This document shows, in pieces, positions 17,497 through 26,490 of a DNA stretch of 32,000 nucleotides. The first letter of the stretch is position 1; each line of letters opens with the position of its first letter. Made by a program: the position numbers and the translations under genes. The DNA lies in assembly GCA_934613415.1 (NCBI GenBank), contig CAKTSY010000002.1, positions 360,001 through 392,000 on the forward strand, in the 5' to 3' direction. The notes beneath the pieces are model-generated. The model was not told the DNA's origin. It worked only from the letters and a program-made list of their open reading frames with translations, and searched no databases. This DNA is from an uncultured Opitutales bacterium (GTDB lineage: Bacteria > Verrucomicrobiota > Verrucomicrobiia > Opitutales > Intestinicryptomonadaceae).

Positions 17497-19848
17497 ATGG
17501 CTAAACTACCAAAATTTTTCGCCTATTTTGCGGCGGCTCTTATGTCGGTTTCGGCATATTCGGGAGATTTAAATTCAAATTCAAAACCCGTAGATTTTGC
17601 AAACGTAAGAATGGGCACGCGCAATTCCAGATTTTATTATTTTGTCTCGGCGGCGCGCCCCGAGGGAATGATTCAGCTTTCGCCCGACACAAAGCCCGAG
17701 GGCACTTGGAGAGCGGGCTATATATATGTCATAGACGAAATTAGGTGCTTTAGCCATATACACTCGTGGCAAATATCGGGCTTGCCCGTTATGCCTTTTA
17801 CGGGCAATTTGGGCGAATACAAGGGTTTTGAGTCGCTAAAAGACAAGTTTTCGCACGACGACGAAGTTGCAAAATTAGGCTACCACAAGGTGTTTTTGCA
17901 AAACCAAAAGACAACGGTAGAGCTTACCGCAACTTCAAGGGTAGGCTTTCATAAATACACGTTTTCGCCCGAAAAAGAACCCGCGCTTATGTTCGACTTG
18001 GCTAGCGAACTTGGGCAAAGCAAGCCCGAGTTTTCGCAGATGGAAAGGATAGACGACAATAAGATACAAGGTTTTGTGCGAATGTCGGGGCAAATGCGCC
18101 GCAAAAATCCCTTTACGGTATACTTTACTTTGGAATTTAACCGCCCCATAGCCGAAGTTTGGGGTTGCAATTCCGATAGGTTCAACTTCGAAAAAGTCGA
18201 AGACGTTTCGGGCAAAGGGGCCAGCTTTTATGTTAAGTTTGCGCCTTCTAAAGAGCCTTTGCTTATGAAGGCGGGCATTTCGTTTACAAGTATTGAAGGC
18301 TCGCAAAAGAATTTAAACGCCGAATTGCCTGATTGGGATTTTGAAAAAGCGGTTGCCAACGCAGCCAATAATTGGAACGACGTTCTGGGCAAAATAAAGG
18401 TATATTCTTCCAACATAAACAATGTGCGCCGCTTTTACAGCGACTTGGCGCGCGCTTTTCACCGCTCGGCTATAAACGATGCCGACGGCAAATATCCCGA
18501 CAATATCGGCAAAAAAACGGTAATACGTCAGCTGCCTTTAGACAAATCGGGCAAGCCCAAGTTTAATTCCATAAATTGCGACGCCCACTGGGGCAGCGAA
18601 TTTTCGCTTTCCGCGCTTTGGTCTTTGGCGTGGCCGAAAACTTTAAGCGACAATATAAACAGCCTTATAGATTATTACCCGAGGGGCGGTATGATTGCCA
18701 GAGGCCCCAGCGGCGGCAACTACACCTTTGTTATGGTAGGCGACCAGGCAATACCCCTAATTGCCGCAGCCTATAATAAAAACATTAGGGATTTCGACGT
18801 AAAAACCGCCTACGAAGGCTGCATAAAAAATAGCGAAATAGGCGGCATACGCGACCACACGGGCTACGAAGTTCCGGCGGGGCCGTATATGAAATATTAC
18901 ATAGAGCGCGGCTATGTTCCCGAAGGCATAAAAAGGCCGTCGGCAAGTCATTTGCAGGGGTGCGCGCTGACGCTTAATTTTGCCTTTGAAGACTGGTGTA
19001 TGGCGCAGTTTGCGCTGGCTACAAACCAAAAGGCCGACTACGAAAAATACCTTAAGCGCTCCAAAAACTATAAAAACGTTTTCGACAAAACAACAGGCTA
19101 TATGCGCCCGAGAAATTTGAAGGGCGAATTTATGGGCGGCAGGGATTGGAAGCCCGTAGTAGAGCACAAAAAGGGAGAAAAAAAGCTGTTTACCCAACAA
19201 GGTTTTGTAGAGAGCAATTCTGCCATTATGACCTACTATGTAATGCACGACTTTGAAGGGCTTGCCGAGCTTATGGGCGGCAAAGACAAGCTTATAGAAA
19301 AACTTAACGGGCAGTTTGAAAAGGCAAAGTCCAGCCGCTTTTTAAACAGGGGCTCTTTGGCAGACCCGTGGGTAGACTACAGCAACGAACCTGGCATGGC
19401 AATGGCGCACGTTTTTGCCTACTTGGGCGCGTACGACCTAACCCAGTATTGGGTAAGGCAGGTTAAAGACACAATTTACCCTGCCGACAAAGTAGACGCT
19501 ATTAACAACGCCTATAACGGCGACGAAGACGACGGCGTAGGCGGCGCTCTTGTTTCGCTAATGGCAATGGGGCTTTTCGACGCTCAAGGCGGAGCGAATG
19601 TAGACCCCGAATATATAATAACGGCCCCCGTTTTCGACAAGGTTGAAATTCAGCTGGACAACCGCTATTACAAGGGCAAAACCTTTACAATTATTGCCAA
19701 AAACAACAAGAAGGGCAATGTGTATATTGCATCTGCCAAGCTTAACGGCAAGCTGCTTAAAGAGCCAAAACTTAAGCACAAAGACTTTGCCAACGGCGGC
19801 GTTTTGGAATTGGAATTGACAAATGTTCCAGTAAAAACTTTGCGCTAG
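17497..19848 (+). CDS. Glycoside hydrolase family 92 (alpha-mannosidase-like), secreted
   Basis: 783 aa with a signal peptide. The N-terminal pattern GMIQLSPDT...AGYIY..DEIRCFSHIHSW and the C-terminal YSNEPGMAMAHVFAYLG and GDEDDGVGGALVSLMAMGLF match GH92 landmarks (SPDT, GFSH, NEP....Y, DD.G..S.W). Confidence 0.8.
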   Translation: MAKLPKFFAYFAAALMSVSAYSGDLNSNSKPVDFANVRMGTRNSRFYYFVSAARPEGMIQLSPDTKPEGTWRAGYIYVIDEIRCFSHIHSWQISGLPVMPFTGNLGEYKGFESLKDKFSHDDEVAKLGYHKVFLQNQKTTVELTATSRVGFHKYTFSPEKEPALMFDLASELGQSKPEFSQMERIDDNKIQGFVRMSGQMRRKNPFTVYFTLEFNRPIAEVWGCNSDRFNFEKVEDVSGKGASFYVKFAPSKEPLLMKAGISFTSIEGSQKNLNAELPDWDFEKAVANAANNWNDVLGKIKVYSSNINNVRRFYSDLARAFHRSAINDADGKYPDNIGKKTVIRQLPLDKSGKPKFNSINCDAHWGSEFSLSALWSLAWPKTLSDNINSLIDYYPRGGMIARGPSGGNYTFVMVGDQAIPLIAAAYNKNIRDFDVKTAYEGCIKNSEIGGIRDHTGYEVPAGPYMKYYIERGYVPEGIKRPSASHLQGCALTLNFAFEDWCMAQFALATNQKADYEKYLKRSKNYKNVFDKTTGYMRPRNLKGEFMGGRDWKPVVEHKKGEKKLFTQQGFVESNSAIMTYYVMHDFEGLAELMGGKDKLIEKLNGQFEKAKSSRFLNRGSLADPWVDYSNEPGMAMAHVFAYLGAYDLTQYWVRQVKDTIYPADKVDAINNAYNGDEDDGVGGALVSLMAMGLFDAQGGANVDPEYIITAPVFDKVEIQLDNRYYKGKTFTIIAKNNKKGNVYIASAKLNGKLLKEPKLKHKDFANGGVLELELTNVPVKTLR

Positions 19849-19859
19849 TTTTGTCCCCT

Positions 19860-19901
19860 AATTGCGGCAAACCGTTTGTTTTTGGTTGCCGCAATTTTTT
19901 T
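19860..19901 (+). terminator. Rho-independent terminator or attenuator after the GH92 gene
   Basis: AATTGCGGCAA (19860-19870) pairs with TTGCCGCAATT (19886-19896) across a 15-nt loop, followed by a T-run to 19901. Confidence 0.6.
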
Positions 19902-19935
19902 AACCGCCAAAAGTTTGGCCAAAATTTTTGAAAGT

Positions 19936-22302
19936 ATGAAAGTTAAAAAACTTCTTTGCATTGCCTTTGCGCTGTTTGCGGCGCTGCCCGTTTTTGCGGC
20001 AAAGTTCGAACACACAATATATACGGTAGACCTAAAAACCCTTTTTAAAAACGAGGCGGCCACAACGCACAAAGAGCAAATAAACATAATATTTGCCCTT
20101 ACAAACATTCAGGGTTTGGCAAACCGCCAAACGCCGCAGCTATATTTGTTTGCCGCAAAAAACCTTACGCATACCTCCTATAAGGGCGTTTACCCTAATT
20201 TGTCGAAGTATTACGACCAGTTTTATTACATAGACAATTTCTGGTTTAATTGGTTTGAAAAAAAAGGCTATATAGACGCAAACAATGTAAAAGAGCTAAA
20301 CACGCTAGACGAAATTTTTACCGTATTTGCCGACAAATATAAAGGCTTTATTGTGTGGGAAAAGAAAAACCCCGCATTGCTTAATGTTTGCGCAAGCATT
20401 GCCGCCGCCGAAGATATGGTTGCCTTTTCGCAAGACTTAGACAATGGTGCGCTTTTAAAAAAGCTTGCGCCCTTTGCCAAAAAAACGGTCTATGCCGACA
20501 GCTTCGGCATTAAGGCTTCAGAAAAGTCGTACAACTCGCAAAAGCTTGCCGCCTATTTATATTTAAAGGAAAACTATTTGGACAATGGGCGTTTAAACCC
20601 CTTTTGCTTTTCGTATCTGCCCGACGCCTATTGCTACATTAATATGCAGGGCGGCTACGGCAAAAACAACTACGATGGCTCTTACACCTACAAATTTCAA
20701 AACAACGGGCACTTTAATTTTGACTACGCCATTGCAAAAAAAAGCGTTATTGTAGATTTAGCCCCAAGCGGCGGCTATGTTCCCGTTTCCGACCGCGCGC
20801 AAAAAAAGGGCGGCGACTTTGCTATGTGGAACAAGCTTTTGCAAAGCTCGTACGATTTGCGAAAGGGCAAATTCGGCATTGTAGACGGATTTGTGCCGTG
20901 GTGGCTAAAATACTCTAAACACGGCGGCGACAACGAACCCGCGGTAGGCTCGGAGTGCTCGTTTATAGAGCTTATAACGTCGTACAATATGGCAAACGAC
21001 GCCGACGCGGCATTGGGGCTAAGCAATGCCTCGTTTTTTATGCATATGCCAAAGCCCGACAAAAACCGCTTTATTAGCAAGCCCGAAAACTACAAAAACG
21101 CAGTTCCCGAAAAAGGCGTTATGTATCTATGCTTTTTTATGCTAGACTACGACGGCTCGGCTTGGCTAAACCAGTGCGCGCTTACGGTGTTCGGGCAAAA
21201 GAGGGGAATTATTCCCCTAAATTGGTCTATAAACCCCGCTTTGGCCGACAGAGTGCCCCACGCATTCGAATATATGCTGGACAATAAAACCAAGCTTGAC
21301 TTTTTCGGCATTGCCGACGACGGTGCCGCCTACATAAGCCCCGAAACTTTGTTCGGCAAAAACAAGATAGGCACCGTAAAAAGCGACAGCTTTAAAGAAT
21401 ATTTTGAATTTGCAAAAAAATACTACCAAAGCCAAAGCATAAGCATAACGCCAATGTATATAAGTCGCAATTTTTCGGAAGACTGGCTTGGCAAGATGGC
21501 CGATTTAAACCCCGACGGAATGGGCGTTCCCGTTTCCGCAAAAATAGGGGGCAATGCGGGCTTTAGCATGCTTGTAAACAACGTTGCGCTTGCGTATTTG
21601 CACACCTACCACCTTAGCAATAGCGACAACTTTGCTCAGTCTATAAAAAATATGTACGCTATAAAAACGCATATAAGCGAAACTGAGCCGCAGTTTAGGG
21701 CGTTTAGGCTTATAAAAATTTCGCCCGAATGCATTGTAGGGGCAATAGAGCAGGCAAAGGCTAAAAACCCGAACGCCAAAATTAAGGTTGTAGACGCCTA
21801 CACGTTTTTGGCTATGCTAAAAAATAAAAAAGAGGCGCAGCCCGTAGAATACGATTTGGACGACTACGAAAAAATAGAGTGGAAAGCCGGCGAAGCCTTC
21901 GGGTTGTTTTGCCCGAGGGAACAGTCGGATGGCGCAATTTTTATAGACAAAACGGGGCTTACTTTGGGCGAAAACACATTTAAAAGCCCAGAAATGCGTC
22001 ACTTATATTTCGATGTAAAAGACGATTTTGCCGATGCCTTGCAATGCAAAAACATTGTGCTTACAATAGAGTTTGAGCCTATAAAAAACGGCAAGATTAC
22101 ATTGCAATACGGCAGAATGTACGACAGGAAAAAGGAACGCTACTTTTCGGCGGGAACTTTGCCTATGGATTCGGGTAAGCTTTCTTTTAAAATGGAAAAC
22201 GTGCTGTTTAAAAACGGTCAAAACGGCGCAAGCGACTTTAGGTTTGTAATGCAAAACAAGGGCGTTTTTAAACTTAAAAAGATTGAAATGCGAATAAGGT
22301 AA
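19936..22302 (+). CDS. Secreted protein, GxGYxYP-family-like putative glycoside hydrolase
   Basis: The start is moved to the ATG at 19936, giving the signal peptide MKVKKLLCIAFALFAALPVFA/AK. The N-terminal IFALTNIQGLANRQTPQLYLF resembles the LQG(L/I)VNR..P.(I/L)Y motif I associate with GxGYxYP_N. DDGAAYISP is a degenerate GxGYxYP. The assignment rests on memory only. Confidence 0.5.
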   Translation: MKVKKLLCIAFALFAALPVFAAKFEHTIYTVDLKTLFKNEAATTHKEQINIIFALTNIQGLANRQTPQLYLFAAKNLTHTSYKGVYPNLSKYYDQFYYIDNFWFNWFEKKGYIDANNVKELNTLDEIFTVFADKYKGFIVWEKKNPALLNVCASIAAAEDMVAFSQDLDNGALLKKLAPFAKKTVYADSFGIKASEKSYNSQKLAAYLYLKENYLDNGRLNPFCFSYLPDAYCYINMQGGYGKNNYDGSYTYKFQNNGHFNFDYAIAKKSVIVDLAPSGGYVPVSDRAQKKGGDFAMWNKLLQSSYDLRKGKFGIVDGFVPWWLKYSKHGGDNEPAVGSECSFIELITSYNMANDADAALGLSNASFFMHMPKPDKNRFISKPENYKNAVPEKGVMYLCFFMLDYDGSAWLNQCALTVFGQKRGIIPLNWSINPALADRVPHAFEYMLDNKTKLDFFGIADDGAAYISPETLFGKNKIGTVKSDSFKEYFEFAKKYYQSQSISITPMYISRNFSEDWLGKMADLNPDGMGVPVSAKIGGNAGFSMLVNNVALAYLHTYHLSNSDNFAQSIKNMYAIKTHISETEPQFRAFRLIKISPECIVGAIEQAKAKNPNAKIKVVDAYTFLAMLKNKKEAQPVEYDLDDYEKIEWKAGEAFGLFCPREQSDGAIFIDKTGLTLGENTFKSPEMRHLYFDVKDDFADALQCKNIVLTIEFEPIKNGKITLQYGRMYDRKKERYFSAGTLPMDSGKLSFKMENVLFKNGQNGASDFRFVMQNKGVFKLKKIEMRIR

Positions 22303-22320
22303 AGCTTAAGAAGCAAAAAA

Positions 22321-22352
22321 CGCAAAAAGCCCGAATTTTCGGGCTTTTTGCG
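22321..22352. terminator. Bidirectional rho-independent terminator
   Basis: CGCAAAAAGCCCGAA (22321-22335) pairs with TTCGGGCTTTTTGCG (38-52 of the same decade block). A/T runs sit inside the stem flanks. It lies between convergent genes ending at 22302 (+) and 22374 (-). Confidence 0.8.
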
Positions 22353-22373
22353 TCGGACAACGACTGCGCAAAT

Positions 22374-22592
22374 CTACCAGCCTATGCCCGAGGCGAACGG
22401 CTTTGAAACGTTGTAGGAGTTTATGTATTTGCCGCGGTCGTCTACAACCAAAACGGTTTTAGAGAGCCTGTCGTTTACATACGAAACCTTGTTCGGCGAA
22501 ACCGAAATAAGATAGCCCCTGCGGATTATAACTTTGCCTTTCGCGTCGGTTATGGCGATTTTGTCGCCCTGTTGTTCGGCTTTGGCTATCAT
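22374..22592 (-). CDS. Small hypothetical protein (72 aa), translationally coupled to htpG
   Basis: Its ATG (22592-22590) overlaps the htpG TGA (22591-22589) as ATGA. The sequence is beta-strand-like (KGKVIIRRGYLISVSPNKVSYVND...TVLVVDDRGKYINSYNV). A terminator follows immediately downstream. I recognise no family. Confidence 0.5.
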   Translation of the reverse strand: MIAKAEQQGDKIAITDAKGKVIIRRGYLISVSPNKVSYVNDRLSKTVLVVDDRGKYINSYNVSKPFASGIGW

Positions 22593-24421
22593 TTTATTTT
22601 AGCCATAAGTTCGTTCAAACGCTTTACCATATTTTGCGGGTTTTCCAACAAGCCCGCCGAAAGCATTGCGTTGTCGTATATTTGGTCTAAAACAAGCTTT
22701 GCCAAAGATTCGTTGTTTTTGCGCAGGTCGTTTAGATTTTTTATAAGCTCGCTTTTGGGGTTTATCTCGAAGTTTATTGCCGGATTAGGCAGCGTGCCTT
22801 CGGGGTTAAACGCCTTTAGCATTGCGCGCATTTGCGGGGTTAGCCCGTCGGCATTAAGGGCAGCGGCGGGGCTTTCTACAAGTCTTTTGCCTGCCGAAAC
22901 CTCTTTTACTTTTGCATCGCCCAAAGTGCTCTTTATCCATTCGCAAAGAGTTTTTACATCTTCTTCTGGCAGGGCACTTTCCTTATTTTCGCTTTCAAGC
23001 GGAATATCGCTTAGGTCTATGTCGGCGCTGTCTATAGAAACAATTTTCTTGCCGCCAAATTCGCCCAAATTGCCCATTGCAAAAACGTCTACAGGCTCGT
23101 ACATAAACAAAACCTCTATTCCGCGCGACTTAAACGCCTCTAAATAGGGGGCATTTTCTATTGTGTTGCGGTCGCGCCCAAAGGCGTAGTAAATGTCTTT
23201 TTGTGCCGACTTCATTTTTTCGACATAGCTTTCGAACGTGGTTTTTTCGCCCGCTTTCAATAGGCTGCTTTCGTAGCGCAAAAGCTTGGTTAGTGCCTCT
23301 CTATTTTCGAAGTCTACGGCAACGCCTTCTTTAATGAAATTGCTAATTGCTGCATAGATTTTTTCGAACTTTTCGGGGCTTTTCTTTGCTACTTCGGCAA
23401 GGTTTTTAATGTAGCGTTTTACCACAACTTTGCCCAGCTTTTTAAGCAGCGCGCTGTCTTGCATGCTTTCGCGCGAGATGTTAAGCGGAATGTCGGCGCT
23501 GTCTATTACGCCCTTTGCAAAGCGCAGCCATTCTGGCAAAAGGTCTTTTGGGGCGGCGTCTATAAGCACCTTGTGGCTGTAGATTGAAACCTGCGGTTTT
23601 GTTTTGCCGAAACCGAACTTTTCGGGATTTTCGGAGGGGGTGTATATAAGCGCGTTAAGCTCCAGGGGAGCGTCGGTTTTAAAGTGAAGCCAGTCGGCGG
23701 GTTTGTCGTACGAATGGGTTTGAAATTTGTAGAAATCTTCGTATTCGGCGTCGGAAACTTCGCTTTTATTCTTTAGCCAAATTGCCTTTCTGGTTTGAAC
23801 GTCTTGCCCGTTTACGCTTATGGGGAAATCTACATACGCACTATATTTTTCGAGAATTTCCCTGATTCTTTGGGGGTCTGCAAACTCTTTGTATTCGGGC
23901 TTTAGGTGCGCCGTTATCTTTGTGCCGCGCTCGGGCTTTTCGGCTTCGTTTATGCTGAAGTTTTCGGAGCCATCGCATTTAAACAGATACGCCTTATCGT
24001 TTTCGCTTTTGGTTAAAACTTCCACTTTGTCGGCAACCATAAATACGCTGTAAAAGCCTACGCCGAACTGCCCTATAATGTTTTCGGGCAGCTTGCCGCC
24101 GTTTGCCTGCATTGCCTTCGAAAACGCCTTAGACCCCGAGTGCGCAATTGTGCCCAAGTTTTCGGCAATCTCCTTTTCGGTCATACCAATGCCACTGTCT
24201 TCTATCGAAAATTCCGACTTTTCGGCATTGCAATCAATCTTTATTTTTAGCGAATTGTTGTCTATTGCCTGACCCTTTTCCAAAGAGGCAAACCTGAACT
24301 TTTCGGAGGCGTCGGAGGCGTTCGAAACAAGCTCTCTTACAAATATTTCCTTGTCGGTGTAAAGCGAGTTTATAACAATGTCTAGCACCTGTTTAACTTC
24401 GGCCTGAAATTTATATTCCAT
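22589..24421 (-). CDS. htpG: Molecular chaperone HtpG (Hsp90)
   Basis: 610 aa with the GHKL N-terminal motifs: FQAEVKQVLDIVINSLYTDKEIFVRELVSNASDA, DSGIGMT, GQFGVGFYS. Middle and C-terminal domains are collinear with bacterial HtpG. Confidence 0.95.
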   Translation of the reverse strand: MEYKFQAEVKQVLDIVINSLYTDKEIFVRELVSNASDASEKFRFASLEKGQAIDNNSLKIKIDCNAEKSEFSIEDSGIGMTEKEIAENLGTIAHSGSKAFSKAMQANGGKLPENIIGQFGVGFYSVFMVADKVEVLTKSENDKAYLFKCDGSENFSINEAEKPERGTKITAHLKPEYKEFADPQRIREILEKYSAYVDFPISVNGQDVQTRKAIWLKNKSEVSDAEYEDFYKFQTHSYDKPADWLHFKTDAPLELNALIYTPSENPEKFGFGKTKPQVSIYSHKVLIDAAPKDLLPEWLRFAKGVIDSADIPLNISRESMQDSALLKKLGKVVVKRYIKNLAEVAKKSPEKFEKIYAAISNFIKEGVAVDFENREALTKLLRYESSLLKAGEKTTFESYVEKMKSAQKDIYYAFGRDRNTIENAPYLEAFKSRGIEVLFMYEPVDVFAMGNLGEFGGKKIVSIDSADIDLSDIPLESENKESALPEEDVKTLCEWIKSTLGDAKVKEVSAGKRLVESPAAALNADGLTPQMRAMLKAFNPEGTLPNPAINFEINPKSELIKNLNDLRKNNESLAKLVLDQIYDNAMLSAGLLENPQNMVKRLNELMAKIK

Positions 24422-24452
24422 ATATTCCTTTCGTATAAAAAATATGCCCCCG

Positions 24453-24481
24453 ATTTTACGCGGAGGCTTTGTTTAATGCAA
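24453..24481 (-). promoter_or_regulatory. Sigma70-like promoter candidate for htpG
   Basis: On the minus strand: TTGCAT (24481-24476), a 17-nt spacer, then TAAAAT (24458-24453). The predicted TSS near 24446 gives a ~25-nt 5' UTR containing AAAGGAA (SD). Confidence 0.4.
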
Positions 24482-24583
24482 TATCTTTGAAAGCGTTTCT
24501 TTTGTTTTGTTCCATAATTTTCGGCAAAAAGGGCGGCTTTTTTAGTGCGAATTGTAAAATTTGCACGCTTTGGAACATCGCGC

Positions 24584-24611
24584 AAAAAAAGGGCGGCTTT
24601 TTTGCCGCCCT
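24584..24611 (-). terminator. Rho-independent terminator of the beta-helix glycosidase gene
   Basis: AGGGCGGC (24590-24597) pairs with GCCGCCCT (24604-24611) across a T6 loop. On the minus strand the hairpin is followed by U-rich sequence (plus-strand A-run 24584-24589). Confidence 0.7.
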
Positions 24612-24632
24612 AAAAATTTAGAAAAAGCAAGC

Positions 24633-26417
24633 CTATTTAATTTCTATATTGCTTGAATTGTCTAAAATAAAGGGCTTTTTGCCGATGTTCTTGGGCGGGA
24701 ATGCCTCGGTTTTTTCGACGCGGTTGTTAAGCCATTTAAGGTTGTCTATGCAAACGGCGTAAAGCATTGGGGTGTCGTCGAACTTTTTAAAGGTGTTGTT
24801 TTCTATTATAATGTTGCGGTTGTAGCGGCTTGTTTCTTTGTCTTTTGATATGCGCGAGCCTACGCCTATTATTGCCGTGCCCCAGCCCTTTGCGTAGAAG
24901 TTGTTTTCGAACACGTTGTTCCTTATGGTGCAGTTTCTAACCCCGCCTTGCTCGAACCAGTAGCACGCGTCGCCCTCGAAAAGCAAGGCGGTGCCGCCAT
25001 TTGCAAATACGTTGTTTTCTACCGTGGTTTTGCCGCGGCAGTTAAGCAGCATACCCCTTGCCCTGTTTTTTTGCACTATGTTGTTTGTTATTATAATTTC
25101 GGGGTAGTCTCTTACTTTGGCCACGGCGTCGCTTGCAATTACGTTTTCTGGAATATTGCCGTCTAAAACAACCCTTTTAAACTGCTTGTTTATTGTTTCT
25201 ACCGACTTAATTTTGGCGGTTGCCTTAGTTATCATAGAATCCTTGTCGACAAACTCTATTGTGTCGTTTGCCTTGAATGTTTTAAAGCCGTATTGCTGAA
25301 CATGTACAAGCTCGCTAACGAAAGTGTTTGGGCTTTCTATGGTTCTAATTCTTTCGTATATGCCGTGAATGTTGGTGGCGTCGTCCATCATTTGCTCGAA
25401 GCGGTTGCCATTTAATATGATTTTGCCCGTGCAGTTTACAAAATGGGTAGCGTCGGCAGCGCAACTGATAACGCGGTCTTTGCCCGCGGTAAATACGCAG
25501 CTATCTACCGCAATGTTTGCCGAATTTTGGGCGATAATTCCCATTCCGTAGGCTTCGTAGATTGTAATGTTTTTAAAGAGCACGTTTTCGGATTCGTCTA
25601 CCGAGAATGTCGAGTGCGGCCTGCCCGAGAACGTAAACACAATGGTGTTGCCCTTAACAGCTTTGTTCAGGCGTTTGTAGAAAAGCTTTACTTTGTCCAA
25701 GCCCAATTTTTCGGCGCGGAATGTGCCCATTCTTATGGCGGGGAAATAGTCGCCCGTGTTGTATTCGGGGCGTTTTTCTTTTGTGTTAAACTCCAAAATT
25801 CCGCCGTAGCGGTAGGGCCTTTGCGCTTCCGAAGTAAAGGGGTTTGGCTTTGCCTTAAACTGCAAAAGCCCGTTGTCTACAACGTAGGGGTTGCCGTCTT
25901 TTATGCGTAAGATAACGCCGTCGTCGAAAGTGTCTAGCACAATGGCTTCGGCGTGTGGGCTGTTGAAAAGGTCGCAGGCAAAATTTTTAAACGAAACGTT
26001 TCTTGAATTTCTTACCAAGAAAGGTGTTACATTGCCGTAGAACATAAAAAGCGTATCTTTTTCGCCCTCTATTGTAAGATTGTTAAAATCCACAATAGGG
26101 AATATTACGCGCTTTAGGCCTTCGTCGTTATTGCTGGCAAAAACGTAGTAGTCTTTTGCAAAATTGCCGCCGAATGCGTAGGTGCCCTTGCCGAATTTTA
26201 TGTGCGCGTGGGGGTGCTTTTTTGCCTCTATTAGGGCTTTTTGCAGCGCGGGTGTGCTGTCGCTGCCGTCGGGTTTTGCGCCGAAATCGGCAATGTTAAT
26301 TATTTTTGTTTCATCGGGCTTTTTGCAGTTTGCCGAGGTGCATGCGGCAAAAAGCGCGGCGCACAATGCGCCGGTTAAAGCCAAAACAAGTGTTTTTGCG
26401 TATTTAGTGTTCATCAT
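24633..26417 (-). CDS. Right-handed beta-helix (PbH1-repeat) lipoprotein, GH110 alpha-1,3-galactosidase-like
   Basis: From the ATG at 26417 or 26414 the N-terminus is MMNTKYAKTLVLALTGALCAALFAAC, which has a lipobox. INIADFGAKPDGSDSTPALQKALIEAKK is typical of beta-helix glycosidases. SNNDEGLKRVIFPIVDFNNLTIEG..FMFYGNVTPFLV..SRNVSFKNF resembles the GH110 pattern I recall. The C-terminus carries repeated NN(V/I)F.NN PbH1 units. Confidence 0.55.
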   Translation of the reverse strand: MMNTKYAKTLVLALTGALCAALFAACTSANCKKPDETKIINIADFGAKPDGSDSTPALQKALIEAKKHPHAHIKFGKGTYAFGGNFAKDYYVFASNNDEGLKRVIFPIVDFNNLTIEGEKDTLFMFYGNVTPFLVRNSRNVSFKNFACDLFNSPHAEAIVLDTFDDGVILRIKDGNPYVVDNGLLQFKAKPNPFTSEAQRPYRYGGILEFNTKEKRPEYNTGDYFPAIRMGTFRAEKLGLDKVKLFYKRLNKAVKGNTIVFTFSGRPHSTFSVDESENVLFKNITIYEAYGMGIIAQNSANIAVDSCVFTAGKDRVISCAADATHFVNCTGKIILNGNRFEQMMDDATNIHGIYERIRTIESPNTFVSELVHVQQYGFKTFKANDTIEFVDKDSMITKATAKIKSVETINKQFKRVVLDGNIPENVIASDAVAKVRDYPEIIITNNIVQKNRARGMLLNCRGKTTVENNVFANGGTALLFEGDACYWFEQGGVRNCTIRNNVFENNFYAKGWGTAIIGVGSRISKDKETSRYNRNIIIENNTFKKFDDTPMLYAVCIDNLKWLNNRVEKTEAFPPKNIGKKPFILDNSSNIEIK

Positions 26418-26490
26418 ATATAAAAGGTTTAATATTGTTGCGTAAATTGTGTAAAACACCTCTTTTTATGGCAAGTTTTTTTAGGCAAAA

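Noticed and set aside
18757-19248. 163-aa minus-strand ORF inside the GH92 gene
   Set aside because: It is antisense to a well-supported GH92 CDS and has no recognisable motifs.
22572-23147. 191-aa + strand ORF
   Set aside because: It is entirely antisense to htpG. Its low-complexity S/L/F-rich translation is typical of a shadow frame. It has no start context of its own.
24422-24632. CIRCE (HrcA) element or sigma32 promoter upstream of htpG
   Set aside because: TTAGTGCGAATTGTAAAATTTGCAC resembles CIRCE only superficially: the GTGC...GCAC arm orientation is reversed relative to TTAGCACTC-N9-GAGTGCTAA. No CTTGAAA-N13-15-CCCCAT match was found.
25443-25910. 155-aa + strand ORF inside the beta-helix glycosidase gene
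   Set aside because: It is an antisense shadow ORF, and the opposite strand carries coherent PbH1-repeat protein sequence.
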